Below, one piece after another: positions 36,319-45,350 of a stretch of DNA of 64,000 bases. A model generated the notes under the pieces. That model made no database searches. It was not told the origin of the DNA and saw nothing but the letters and a program-made list of their open reading frames with translations. Numbering within the stretch: the first letter of the stretch is position 1; every line of letters begins with the position of its first letter. Position numbers and translations under genes: made by a program. Source of the DNA: Christensenellaceae bacterium (lineage in GTDB: Bacteria; Bacillota; Clostridia; Christensenellales; Aristaeellaceae); contig DUQK01000018.1 in the NCBI GenBank assembly GCA_012837835.1, forward strand, positions 16,217 through 80,216, read 5' to 3'.

Positions 36319-36464
36319 ACTTACCTCCTAAAATAAATACCCCGTTATTATATACACCAATTCTTACATTGTCAAGTTAAATACCTGATTTAACATTTAA
36401 TTTATTTTTATGAAAAGATGTGAGTAATTATAATATATTTATGCGTAATAATATGCTTTTAAAG

Positions 36465-36495
36465 CAAAATCCGCAGCTTGTATAACTGCGGTTTT
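36465..36495 (-). terminator. Terminator downstream of tRNA-Leu
   Basis: ccgcag/ctgcgg stem (36471-36476 / 36486-36491), followed on the minus strand by ATTTTGCTTT. Confidence 0.6.
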
Positions 36496-36499
36496 CACG

Positions 36500-36584
36500 T
36501 GGTGCCGGTGACTGGACTTGAACCAGCATGGGGGTTGCCCGCTTGATTTTGAGTCAAGTGCGTCTGCCATTCCGCCACACCGGC
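36500..36584 (-). tRNA. tRNA-Leu (anticodon CAA)
   Basis: The reverse complement folds as a cloverleaf. Acceptor is GCCGGTG/CACCGGC, anticodon stem CTTGA/TCAAG with loop CTCAAAA, a long variable arm, T-arm CTGGTTCAAGTCCAG, and an encoded CCA. Confidence 0.9.
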
Positions 36585-36637
36585 GTAAAAAGGATTATAA
36601 AATATGCTAATTGGCTTGTCAAGTCAACACATGTGTA

Positions 36638-38053
36638 TTATATCAAATACTTCCTTAGCCCTTTAGGGTAATGGTTTTTAAGCTGACCGTTTACTGCTTT
36701 TCCCCAGCCTAGTTGATAGCCTTTGTATGTAGGGGATAGCCAATCTTTTAGGTTATTGTCTATGTTAAGTACTTCGCCTGATAGGTACTTAATAGTTGTT
36801 TCTCTATCTATTTCTAGCCTGTTTTTAGCCACATGCGCCATAGCGAGTGCATGGTCTGGCAATAAATATTTAATCCTATCGTTTGCTATGTGCAGCCCGA
36901 AGCGCAGCAATTTTATACCCTCAAATGCGTTGATAGAGCAGGGGGCGGATACATATGTATTGCCGAATATACCGTTTATTTTAGGGGCGTTACATATATT
37001 TTCTATAAATTTGTCGGCTTTGGGATTGCTGTATGTGGGAGCAGTGAATATATCATCTGTTATACTGTTACTTTTTATATAATTATCGTTGATATGATAG
37101 GGTTTTTCTATGCATTTGTCCATGCGGTTGTGGGTTTTTTCATGTTTATTAGCATCATAATCATTATGCACATATGTAGAATTGAGGCTTTTCTCTAAGC
37201 CGCCTCTTTTTTTAAGAAGCGCAATAAAATGCCCTTCACCATCTACTTCATGGGGAAGCAGTCTTATCATGCCGTATTTTGCATGAGGCAATCCTTTTAG
37301 GCTAAACGCTTCAAGGCTAAAATCAGAGTGATGGCGCAGAAAATCTTCTATCACTCCTTCATTTTCAACAGTGTTAAATGTACATGTGCTGTAACATATT
37401 TTGCCGCCGTTTTTAAGCATTTTGGCGGCGCTTTCTAATATTTTACCTTGCCTTATAGCGCACTGCATGGGGTAATCTTCATTCCACTGTATGCGAGCTT
37501 CTTCAAGTTTTCTAAACATACCCTCGCCCGAGCAGGGGGCATCTACAAGTATTTTATCAAATGCGCTTTCAAAAACGCCGCAAAGCTTTTCAGGGCTTGC
37601 GCTGCATACTATGCAGTTTGTAATGCCCGTACGTTCTATGTTTTGGCTAAGCACATTTGCCCTAGCTGGGTGTATTTCGTTTGCTACAAGTATGCCATTG
37701 TTTTGCATTAAAAAAGCTAAGCCTACGGATTTTCCGCCTGGGGCAGCGCACAAATCCAGCACTGTTTCATTCGGATTTGGCGCTAACACATGCGGTGCCG
37801 CCATTGCGGAAGGCTCCTGCAAATAATAAGCCCCCGCTTCGTGCAAGGGGTCAGAGCCGAGTTTTTCTTCATCAGAAACGTAATAAGCGCCGTTTGCCCA
37901 AGGTACCGCATGTCTATCCTTAACACTAAATCCGGGTCTAACAAGCATAGCCTTAAGAGGCGGCTTTTCATAGCTTGCAATAAAATCGTCGTACGATTTT
38001 CCAAGCTGTGTCTTCATATTTTTTATAAATGCGCTTGGAAGCTTAATACTCAT
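36638..38053 (-). CDS. RsmB/RsmF (NOL1/NOP2/Sun) family RNA cytosine-C5 methyltransferase
   Basis: SAM motif DLCAAPGGKS and catalytic DAPCSGEG plus a TC-containing motif (YSTCT). Confidence 0.85.
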   Translation of the reverse strand: MSIKLPSAFIKNMKTQLGKSYDDFIASYEKPPLKAMLVRPGFSVKDRHAVPWANGAYYVSDEEKLGSDPLHEAGAYYLQEPSAMAAPHVLAPNPNETVLDLCAAPGGKSVGLAFLMQNNGILVANEIHPARANVLSQNIERTGITNCIVCSASPEKLCGVFESAFDKILVDAPCSGEGMFRKLEEARIQWNEDYPMQCAIRQGKILESAAKMLKNGGKICYSTCTFNTVENEGVIEDFLRHHSDFSLEAFSLKGLPHAKYGMIRLLPHEVDGEGHFIALLKKRGGLEKSLNSTYVHNDYDANKHEKTHNRMDKCIEKPYHINDNYIKSNSITDDIFTAPTYSNPKADKFIENICNAPKINGIFGNTYVSAPCSINAFEGIKLLRFGLHIANDRIKYLLPDHALAMAHVAKNRLEIDRETTIKYLSGEVLNIDNNLKDWLSPTYKGYQLGWGKAVNGQLKNHYPKGLRKYLI

Positions 38054-38891
38054 CGCTATCTTCGGGGTGATAATAGGTGTCCTGCGTATCCTCGTAATGG
38101 TAGTTTTCGGGTATTACGGTATGGTTGAATTCGGTGTAATCGAAATCTTCATACTCATCGTCATTATGGTTTATCTTTTCCTTTATGCTGTCAAACAGGT
38201 TAAATTTTTCTTTATTGCGCTCCGCCCTGCGCCTTCTTGGCGGGCGAGCGTAAGTTGTATGCTCGTACATGGGATGTTCGTATATAGGTTCCTCATACAC
38301 AGGCTGTCTGTATACAGGTTGTTCTTGAGCAGGCAGGGCGTAATAGCCATTATAATCATCAGCTGGATATTCAGTATATTCGTTATATACAGGGCGATTA
38401 TGTTCTGCGGGCGGCAAATATAAATCGGGGTTGTATTGCTGCATATCGTTATTTGCAAAAGCTTCGTACTGCTGCATATTGTCTTGTACAGGGAAGCTGC
38501 CGTACTGCACGTCCATATCATATGTATCGCTATAATATTCAGGCTGCTGAAACTGCGTATCATCTTCAAAAATATCGTATACAGGCGGCGGGGGAGCGAC
38601 ATAATTGTCGCTTATATCAACCGGTTCTTTAGAGAACATATCCGTACGCTTTTTAGCTAACATGTGGCTTAGCATGCTGTTTTTCCTTAAAATGCTCCTT
38701 TGCCTTAAAGAATAAGCGATATCAATAAGCGTGCATACTGCTATTATTATAAGCAGCAGTGGCAGCCATATGGCAGACAGCAGAGAAGCAAACCAAGATT
38801 TTCCTTCTGAAACGGAGTTCCAAATCCTGTTAGCTATGCTGCCCGTCCACCCAAGAAGGGCTGAAAACATCCAATGGGCAAAAGCGTTCAT
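38043..38891 (-). CDS. Membrane protein with a Tyr/Pro/Glu/Gln-rich low-complexity tail
   Basis: Two N-terminal TM segments, then degenerate repeats (PVYNEYTEYP, QPVYRQPVYEEPIYEHPMYEH). ATGA-type overlap with cdaR. Confidence 0.6.
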   Translation of the reverse strand: MNAFAHWMFSALLGWTGSIANRIWNSVSEGKSWFASLLSAIWLPLLLIIIAVCTLIDIAYSLRQRSILRKNSMLSHMLAKKRTDMFSKEPVDISDNYVAPPPPVYDIFEDDTQFQQPEYYSDTYDMDVQYGSFPVQDNMQQYEAFANNDMQQYNPDLYLPPAEHNRPVYNEYTEYPADDYNGYYALPAQEQPVYRQPVYEEPIYEHPMYEHTTYARPPRRRRAERNKEKFNLFDSIKEKINHNDDEYEDFDYTEFNHTVIPENYHYEDTQDTYYHPEDSDEY

Positions 38892-39985
38892 TGAGTTTTC
38901 CCACCCTCATCGCCACCTATGGGTTTTATGGTTATAGTTACATATACCGCATTTCCGCTCATATGGTAAGCTTCCTCAGGTTTTTTAATAACTACCGACC
39001 TTATAAGCGTGTCCTTAGCACCTGTAATATCTACAGGGTTTTCAACATCAAGCAGCTTTAATGTTTCCATAAGCTCGTTTGAGCCGGCAACATTCAGCAT
39101 GGCAGGGTCTATTTTAATATCTGTAACTTCATAGCCCTCAGCAGGGGTACCTGTTACAATTCCGCTCTGGTTTATGGGGGTTGCCTGCAGGCGGTACATC
39201 TCCTGCTCTACAAGCAGGCTGTCAAGCGGCATGGAATCACTGCTTACTTCTATAGTTCTCGCGTCAAGGGCATTATCCTGATAATCGTAAAGCGTAAACG
39301 GCACTGCGGTAAACTGCTTACGCGCTGCGGGGGTTAACAGCGAACCATTGTAATGAGCAACGCAGCGCATAACATTTTCTACTATTGATTTTGGACCCGA
39401 TACGGTAACCACAGGCGGGTCAACCACAGCTTTTGAAGCGTAAAAACCGGCGGGTATGGTGCCTGTTTCGTTAATCTGTACGGGTATTCTGCGCCTTGTA
39501 ATGTAAGGCTCCACATTTACGGTTATTTCGCTTTGGGATAGCCTTGTAACTCTGCCATATGTGGATGTGCTCGTATGCAGCACGGGTATATTCTGCTCCC
39601 CGGCTTTTTCTATACGGCTTAGGTCTATACGTATATTAAAGTTTGAAGCACTAGCGCTGTCGTAAGATTTTTGGGGTATTTCAGCCTGCATAGATATAGG
39701 CGGAAGCTCATTTAAATCGGTGGTTACTATAAGCCCGGAACGCTTTAGCGTATCAACGCCAAGCACACTTATATTTACATCGCGGAATACTTTTTCACGG
39801 GTGAGGTAGGGGTTTTCCGTGATGAGCAAACCCCATATAAGCGTTGCAAGCAGTAGACTTGCAAATTTCCACCGCCAGTTACGTCTTAATATATTAAAAA
39901 AGCGGGAAATAAGCTCTTTTATTAGCGTAGAAACTTTAGGTCTTTGGCTCTTAATATTTGGGTTTTCTTTACTGCTGTTGTTCAT
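38888..39985 (-). CDS. cdaR: YbbR-domain protein CdaR, regulator of CdaA
   Basis: N-terminal TM segment plus repeated YbbR-like beta domains. Overlaps the cdaA 3-prime end, as in the conserved cdaA-cdaR operon. Confidence 0.75.
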   Translation of the reverse strand: MNNSSKENPNIKSQRPKVSTLIKELISRFFNILRRNWRWKFASLLLATLIWGLLITENPYLTREKVFRDVNISVLGVDTLKRSGLIVTTDLNELPPISMQAEIPQKSYDSASASNFNIRIDLSRIEKAGEQNIPVLHTSTSTYGRVTRLSQSEITVNVEPYITRRRIPVQINETGTIPAGFYASKAVVDPPVVTVSGPKSIVENVMRCVAHYNGSLLTPAARKQFTAVPFTLYDYQDNALDARTIEVSSDSMPLDSLLVEQEMYRLQATPINQSGIVTGTPAEGYEVTDIKIDPAMLNVAGSNELMETLKLLDVENPVDITGAKDTLIRSVVIKKPEEAYHMSGNAVYVTITIKPIGGDEGGKTQ

Positions 39986-40850
39986 CGTCTTTCTTCCTGA
40001 GTTGCTTTATGCGCCCAAGGGCATCTCTTATAAATAAGGACATTTTGTTGTTAGCGTCGCTCTGACCGAATATGCCGGTTAATACCTGTTTTACGCCGTC
40101 TAAATCTAGGTGGCGGGTTAGCTTGCCTGCCTTTGCCATGCTTACAATACCCGTTTCCTCGGATACTATTATAACAGTTGCGTCTGTACTTTCAGATACA
40201 CCTAATCCCGCTCTGTGTCTTGTGCCAAGGTCGCGCGATATATTTGTTTCTTCGCTTAGTGTAAGCACGCACGCAGCGGCGACAATACGCTCATTTCTTA
40301 TTATAACAGCGCCGTCGTGCAGAGGGGTATTAGGCTCAAATATATTTACAAGCAGTTCGCCTGAAAGCATGGCATCAAGCTCTATGCCTGTGTTTGTGAA
40401 ATCCTTAAGACCGGTTCTATGTTCAAATACTATAAGCGCGCCTATGCGCCTTTTTGAAAGGCTAATTATGCTCTGCGCTATGTCGTTTACAAGCCTTTCC
40501 TCCTGTGTTTCAGTTCTTTGACCTCTATCCAGTATTGCGCCCCTGCCAATGTGTTCCAAGGCTTGTCTAAATTCCGGCTGGAATAATATCATAAGCACAA
40601 TTGCTCCGTTGTTAAGCACAAGCATAAGCAGCCAGTTTAATGTATTCAGCGAAAAAACATTTGAAAGCCAGCTTGCTATTACCAAAAACATGAAGCCTTT
40701 AAGCACTTGCAGCGCGCGGGTGCCGTGGGTTAGCATTAACAATCTATATATAATAAAAGCGACGAGGATAATATCTAAAAAATCCATGAAGCTAGGTCTG
40801 TTAAACAGGTTCCAAAAGAAATTGCTTATACCTGTTGAGAAATTATCCAT
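39969..40850 (-). CDS. cdaA: Diadenylate cyclase CdaA
   Basis: Three N-terminal TM segments plus a DAC domain (TPLHDGAVII, GTRHRAGLGVSE..DA..IVVSEETG). Confidence 0.9.
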   Translation of the reverse strand: MDNFSTGISNFFWNLFNRPSFMDFLDIILVAFIIYRLLMLTHGTRALQVLKGFMFLVIASWLSNVFSLNTLNWLLMLVLNNGAIVLMILFQPEFRQALEHIGRGAILDRGQRTETQEERLVNDIAQSIISLSKRRIGALIVFEHRTGLKDFTNTGIELDAMLSGELLVNIFEPNTPLHDGAVIIRNERIVAAACVLTLSEETNISRDLGTRHRAGLGVSESTDATVIIVSEETGIVSMAKAGKLTRHLDLDGVKQVLTGIFGQSDANNKMSLFIRDALGRIKQLRKKDDEQQQ

Positions 40851-40963
40851 GCCGTGCGTTCACCCTTTCAAGCTGCTGCTCTCAGTATACTACATTTTGT
40901 GAGATAAAGGAACAACTTTATGTTAAATTTATGTTAAGTTTTTACAAAGGCATCAAATTTCTC

Positions 40964-40993
40964 TTGACAAAATACCCCTAGGGGGTATATATT
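40964..40993 (+). promoter_or_regulatory. copA promoter overlapping a perfect CsoR-type operator
   Basis: TTGACA at 40964-40969. A 17-bp palindrome ATACCCCTAGGGGGTAT at 40972-40988. A TATATA/TATATT -10 element at 40986-40993. Confidence 0.75.
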
Positions 40994-41009
40994 GGCTTTG
41001 GAGGTGCTG

Positions 41010-43232
41010 ATGATGGTAGAACAAACTTTTAATATTGAAGGTATGCACTGTGCAAGCTGCGCCGCAGCTGTTGAGCGCAGTATAGAGGGTTTAAAAAGCG
41101 TAAATAAGAGCGAGGTAAACATAGTTACAAAAACGCTTAATATAAGTTACGATGAAAAGCTTATATCCCAAGATGACATAATAAACAGCATAGCTAAGGC
41201 GGGCTTTTCTGCAAAGCTAGTTGCTGATGATAAGAAAGACGAAATTATTGAAGAAGCAAAACCTAGCAATGCAAGGCTATATATAAGCCTTATACTTGCT
41301 TTTATTCTTTTTTGCCTTAACATGCTGCCTATGCTTATAGAGGGGCTATCTATACGGGAAAGCCTTGGCTTAAGCCCCTTTCATTATGCGCTGCTACAGT
41401 TTTTCATATGCTTGCCTATAATAATACTCAACAGAAAGCTTTATATAAGGGGTGTTAAATCCCTAATAAATCTATCCCCTAATATGGATACTCTGGTTAC
41501 CATAGGTAGCAGTACGGCTTTCCTGTACAGCGTTTATATCACCTTAATTATGGGCAATAATGCGGCGTTTTTGCACAACTTAAACTACGAATCCGCAGGT
41601 ATGATAGTAGCACTAGTAACATTCGGCAAACATATGGAGGAAAACGCAAAACATAAGGCGCTTAGCGCGGTGCGAAAGCTTATGGAGCTTGCGCCTGATA
41701 CCGCGCTTAAAATAAATGAAGACGGTAGCATTACCGAAGTTGCAACAAGCGATGTAGTAAAGGGAGATACTATACTTGTGCGCTCCGGTATGCGTTTTCC
41801 GCTTGACGGCAGCATTATAAGCGGCTCTGTTTCGGTGGATGAATCCATGCTTACTGGCGAAAGCCTTCCAGTGGAGAAAAACGCGGGGGATAAGGTGCGT
41901 TCCGGTACTGTGCTTGTAAGCGGTAACTCCGCAGTTGTAATGGCGGAAGAAATAGGCGAAGATACCGTACTTAGCTCCATAGTGCGCTTTGTTAAGGAAG
42001 CGCAAACTAAAAAAGCCCCAATTGCAAGGCTTGCGGATAAGCTGAGCGGCTATTTTGTACCCTTTGTAATAAGCATAGCTCTGATTGCTGCTTTATATTG
42101 GGCGTATATGGGCAAAGAAGCTCAATTTGTAATAAATATATTTGTTTCCGTAATGGTAATCGCTTGCCCATGTGCTATGGGGCTTGCAACGCCCATGGCT
42201 ATAGTTTCAGGGGTGTCCTTGGGCGCTAAAAACGGTATACTGGTGCGCTCGGGCGAGGTGCTTGAAAAAGCCCATAAGGTTGATACCGTATTGCTTGATA
42301 AAACAGGCACTATAACAAAAGGCAAGCTTAAACTAAAGCGTATTATCCCCCTTGATATTGAAGATAGAGAACTTCTTGATGTTGCCATGCAAGCAGAGCA
42401 GCTAAGCCCGCACCCGATAGCAAAGGCAATAGTAGAGGAATGCAGGGCAAGGGGCATAGTATCCCCCGCAGCGAGCGAGATAAACTCATTCCAAGGTGGC
42501 ATTTATGCTACTTTAAACGACGGCAGGAAAGTATATATAGCAAACGAAAAGGCTATGAATGAGCTTAATATAGATATTTCTTACTTTAGTAAAGAGATAA
42601 ATAAGTCTAAGCAAGCGGGGGAAACCGTGCTATTTACAGCGGTTGATAATAAGCTTGTAGGCTTTATGTCTTTCTTTGATATGCTTAAAGAAAACGCGCA
42701 TGAGCTTGTAAATAAGCTGGATAAACTAAACATAGAAACCGTGCTTGTAACAGGGGATAATAAGAACACAGCAAAGGAAATAGCGGAAAGTTCCGGCATA
42801 AGGCAATTTATGGCTGAAGTTAAGCCTACTGACAAGGCAGATATACTTGCTGACTACCAAAACCAAGGCAAAACAGTAATGATGGTGGGCGACGGCATAA
42901 ACGACGCACCTGCGCTTGCGCTTGCGGATGTAGGCGTGTCGCTTGGCTCTGCCAGCGATATAGCTATAGAAACTGCGGATATAATACTTATGAATGATAA
43001 TCTCCTAGGCATAATAAAGGCGCTTAAATTAAGCCATTTAACAATAAAAAACATAAAGCAGAATTTAGCGCTGGCTTTTATGTATAATATACTAAGTATA
43101 CCGCTTGCCGCCGGGCTTTGGTATGCTATAAGCGGACAGGCGTTAAGCCCCATGGTAGGGGCAATAGCGATGTCGCTAAGCTCGCTAAGCGTTGTTAGCA
43201 ACGCCCTGCGGCTTGGAAGGGAGGAACTATGA
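41010..43232 (+). CDS. copA: Copper-translocating P1B-type ATPase
   Basis: GGAGGTG RBS. One HMA domain ([12 protein letters not shown]), then CPC ([11 protein letters not shown]), DKTGT and GDGINDAP. Confidence 0.9.
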   Translation: MMVEQTFNIEGMHCASCAAAVERSIEGLKSVNKSEVNIVTKTLNISYDEKLISQDDIINSIAKAGFSAKLVADDKKDEIIEEAKPSNARLYISLILAFILFCLNMLPMLIEGLSIRESLGLSPFHYALLQFFICLPIIILNRKLYIRGVKSLINLSPNMDTLVTIGSSTAFLYSVYITLIMGNNAAFLHNLNYESAGMIVALVTFGKHMEENAKHKALSAVRKLMELAPDTALKINEDGSITEVATSDVVKGDTILVRSGMRFPLDGSIISGSVSVDESMLTGESLPVEKNAGDKVRSGTVLVSGNSAVVMAEEIGEDTVLSSIVRFVKEAQTKKAPIARLADKLSGYFVPFVISIALIAALYWAYMGKEAQFVINIFVSVMVIACPCAMGLATPMAIVSGVSLGAKNGILVRSGEVLEKAHKVDTVLLDKTGTITKGKLKLKRIIPLDIEDRELLDVAMQAEQLSPHPIAKAIVEECRARGIVSPAASEINSFQGGIYATLNDGRKVYIANEKAMNELNIDISYFSKEINKSKQAGETVLFTAVDNKLVGFMSFFDMLKENAHELVNKLDKLNIETVLVTGDNKNTAKEIAESSGIRQFMAEVKPTDKADILADYQNQGKTVMMVGDGINDAPALALADVGVSLGSASDIAIETADIILMNDNLLGIIKALKLSHLTIKNIKQNLALAFMYNILSIPLAAGLWYAISGQALSPMVGAIAMSLSSLSVVSNALRLGREEL

Positions 43233-43531
43233 AAAACTGTGTACGCTGCGATGAATGCAGGCATAAACAGCGAAGCGCCGATAAAAAACGCTCCCTGCAA
43301 AATCGCCTAAAAAGGGTGGAAGGGCAGGTGCGTGGCATACAGAATATGCTGGATAATGATATATATTGCATAGATATATTAATGCAGACACAGGCAGCCA
43401 AAAAAGCGCTGGAGGCTTTCATGCGGGAGCTACTTAATGACCATATAAATACATGCGTAGCGGAAGGCATACGCAGCGGGAATGAGCATATCATAGATGA
43501 GCTTACAGATGTGCTGTATAAGCTTAAGTGA
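43229..43531 (+). CDS. csoR: CsoR-family copper-sensing repressor
   Basis: [16 protein letters not shown] block and Cys/His/Cys ligand positions (YCIDIL, HINTCV). ATGA overlap with copA. The N-terminus adds CVRCDEC. Confidence 0.85.
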   Translation: MKNCVRCDECRHKQRSADKKRSLQNRLKRVEGQVRGIQNMLDNDIYCIDILMQTQAAKKALEAFMRELLNDHINTCVAEGIRSGNEHIIDELTDVLYKLK

Positions 43532-43575
43532 TATAAAGCCGCCAAATGGATTGCGGATGACGATATTTGCCGCTG

Positions 43576-43986
43576 TTAGGGTCTTTGTTTAAGTTTTCTT
43601 TCTATTGCTCTATCTCGCTTTTGCTTTCCAAGTATACCTGCGCCTATAAAACATAGAATCATTTGCACAATTACAAGATAGAACCAAGGTAACATAAGTG
43701 CTATTGCAATTGCATAAAATACCCCTGCTGTAATAGCTGCCCAACGCAGTTTAAAAAACCATGAAAGTGCACAAAACAGTGTTGCCACAGCAGAAGCGAT
43801 CAAGTGCGGTATTGCCATTGTTACTCCCAACGAAAGTCCCAATGCTTTTCCGCTGTCTTCAGGTGTTTTAGTATCTATGGTTTTTACGGTATCCATTGTG
43901 TTATCCATGTATGTAAATGTAAATGCTAATGAAACGATACCAATGATTAAGGCTATCAATAACACAAGAGGGCGTTTGATTTTCAT
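43576..43986 (-). CDS. Small membrane protein of unknown function
   Basis: 136 aa with 4 predicted TM segments. The gene is more AT-rich than its neighbours. Confidence 0.55.
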   Translation of the reverse strand: MKIKRPLVLLIALIIGIVSLAFTFTYMDNTMDTVKTIDTKTPEDSGKALGLSLGVTMAIPHLIASAVATLFCALSWFFKLRWAAITAGVFYAIAIALMLPWFYLVIVQMILCFIGAGILGKQKRDRAIERKLKQRP

Positions 43987-44078
43987 TACAAGTTCTCCTT
44001 CTATAAATATTCACAATAATGTTATGTTAAACCACATGAAAATGCAAATTATTTAGTGGTTATTAATACAGAGTTTTA

Positions 44079-44109
44079 TAAAAAACAGCCGGAAATACAA
44101 ATCCGGCTG
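44079..44109 (-). terminator. Rho-independent terminator of rplU-prp-rpmA
   Basis: 8-bp stem cagccgga/tccggctg (44086-44093 / 44102-44109), followed on the minus strand by TTTTTT (complement of 44080-44085). Confidence 0.8.
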
Positions 44110-44143
44110 CTGTAAATTTACTCTAGTTTAAGCTAATGCAATA

Positions 44144-44428
44144 CTATGCCTGCACTGGATATATACTAACCTTTGTGCGGTGTTTGCCGTAATGCTCAAA
44201 GCGCACTATGCCGTCTTCCTTGGCAAATAGAGTGTCATCCCTGCCGCGGCCCACATTTGTGCCGGGGTGGATTTTTGTGCCGCGTTGGCGCACGAGTATA
44301 TTGCCCGCGAGTACGAACTGACCGTCCCCGCGCTTAACGCCAAGGCGTTTGCTTATGCTGTCCCTTCCGTTACGGGAAGAGCCTACGCCCTTCTTAGAGG
44401 CGAATAATTGAAGATTTAGCTTCAGCAT
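44144..44428 (-). CDS. rpmA: 50S ribosomal protein L27 with a Prp-cleaved N-terminal extension
   Basis: [24 protein letters not shown] is the classic Firmicutes pro-L27. Confidence 0.95.
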   Translation of the reverse strand: MLKLNLQLFASKKGVGSSRNGRDSISKRLGVKRGDGQFVLAGNILVRQRGTKIHPGTNVGRGRDDTLFAKEDGIVRFEHYGKHRTKVSIYPVQA

Positions 44429-44757
44429 TGGAATTCCTCCGTTTCGTAAATCTGAATGTGTTCAGGATAGTTTTCTTGTAGCTGCTCAGCGCCTAGTTTA
44501 AATACATTAAGTATGGTATCCGTGGTTGCGCTAAGCTGAGTTGGTCTTAGGCGAAGTAGCAATGTGCCGCTGTTATCATCCATGTAAATTTGGGGTTTTA
44601 CGCCTGCGATTTTTTCAATCGCATTTGCACATGTTATAGATAACATAGACAGCGCGGCGCATAATATGTCTTTGCCCTGTGGGGCATAGCCCGTATGACC
44701 TGTAACCTCATAACCGCAGAGCCTGCCTGAATTGCTCAATATGCGGATATTGGTCAT
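44422..44757 (-). CDS. prp: Ribosomal-processing cysteine protease Prp
   Basis: Lies between rplU and rpmA. His/Cys dyad blocks GHTGYA and DILCAALS. Confidence 0.85.
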   Translation of the reverse strand: MTNIRILSNSGRLCGYEVTGHTGYAPQGKDILCAALSMLSITCANAIEKIAGVKPQIYMDDNSGTLLLRLRPTQLSATTDTILNVFKLGAEQLQENYPEHIQIYETEEFQC

Positions 44758-45062
44758 GCCTCGTTGATTGTGGTAATCTGAACCCTTGTGTAAAGCTGCC
44801 TATGACCTGCCTTGCGGCGGTAGTTCTTTTTGCTCTTGTACTTGAAAACGACAATCTTCTCGCCCTTAACCTGTTTTAGCACCTTGCCTATAACGTTTGC
44901 GCCTTCAACATAGGGTTTGCCGACTTTTAGCTCTTTTCCGCCTAACAAAAGTACGGGGAATGTAACTTCGTCATCAACTTCGTTTTCAAGCTTTTCGATG
45001 TGAATGACATCGCCCTCGCTAACGCGATACTGTTTGCCGCCGGTCGCTATTATTGCGTACAT
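44754..45062 (-). CDS. rplU: 50S ribosomal protein L21
   Basis: MYAII.TGGKQY.V.EGD start. 102 aa. Confidence 0.95.
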   Translation of the reverse strand: MYAIIATGGKQYRVSEGDVIHIEKLENEVDDEVTFPVLLLGGKELKVGKPYVEGANVIGKVLKQVKGEKIVVFKYKSKKNYRRKAGHRQLYTRVQITTINEA

Positions 45063-45173
45063 GCAGCACCTCCATCATATTACTCGCCGGAACACCTAGG
45101 CTGCGACAAGCGCATTAAAGCCCGTTCCGAGCGGCCGACCCTAAACTTACCACAAAGCTTAAGCTGTTGTCAA
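45063..45173 (-). promoter_or_regulatory. rplU promoter plus structured leader (possible L21 leader)
   Basis: On the minus strand: TTGACA (45173-45168), 18 nt, then TGG-TAAGTT extended -10 (45149-45144). An roughly 80-nt GC-rich leader follows with cggaac/gttccg pairing before GGAGGTG-ATG. Firmicutes L21 operons are known to carry a leader RNA. Confidence 0.45.
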
Positions 45174-45294
45174 GGCTTTGGAAGCAATATTTAAACTTTT
45201 TTTGCTCAAAAAGTATTTTTCAAGAACTTACCTTTATATATAGGATTTCATTGTATAAAAACACTTCCCACAAATTTTACAAATAACGCTAATG

Positions 45295-45349
45295 GATTTT
45301 ACATTAGTAGTGTAACATTACGCTGTAAACCAAGAAAGGAAGGTAAACA
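45295..45349 (+). promoter_or_regulatory. Conserved 5-prime control module (copy 2), shared with the 5-prime-nucleotidase gene
   Basis: gattttacattagt (45295-45308) and agaaaggaaggtaaaca (45333-45349) are identical to copy 1. TTTACA (45276-45281) lies 22 nt upstream of TTTACA (45298-45303). Confidence 0.6.
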
Positions 45350-45350
45350 C

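Noticed and set aside
36319-36470. Very AT-rich 150-bp stretch next to tRNA-Leu, considered as a possible integration scar
   Set aside because: There is no repeat of the tRNA 3-prime end and no integrase. It is most simply the promoter region of the AraC-family gene plus the tRNA terminator.
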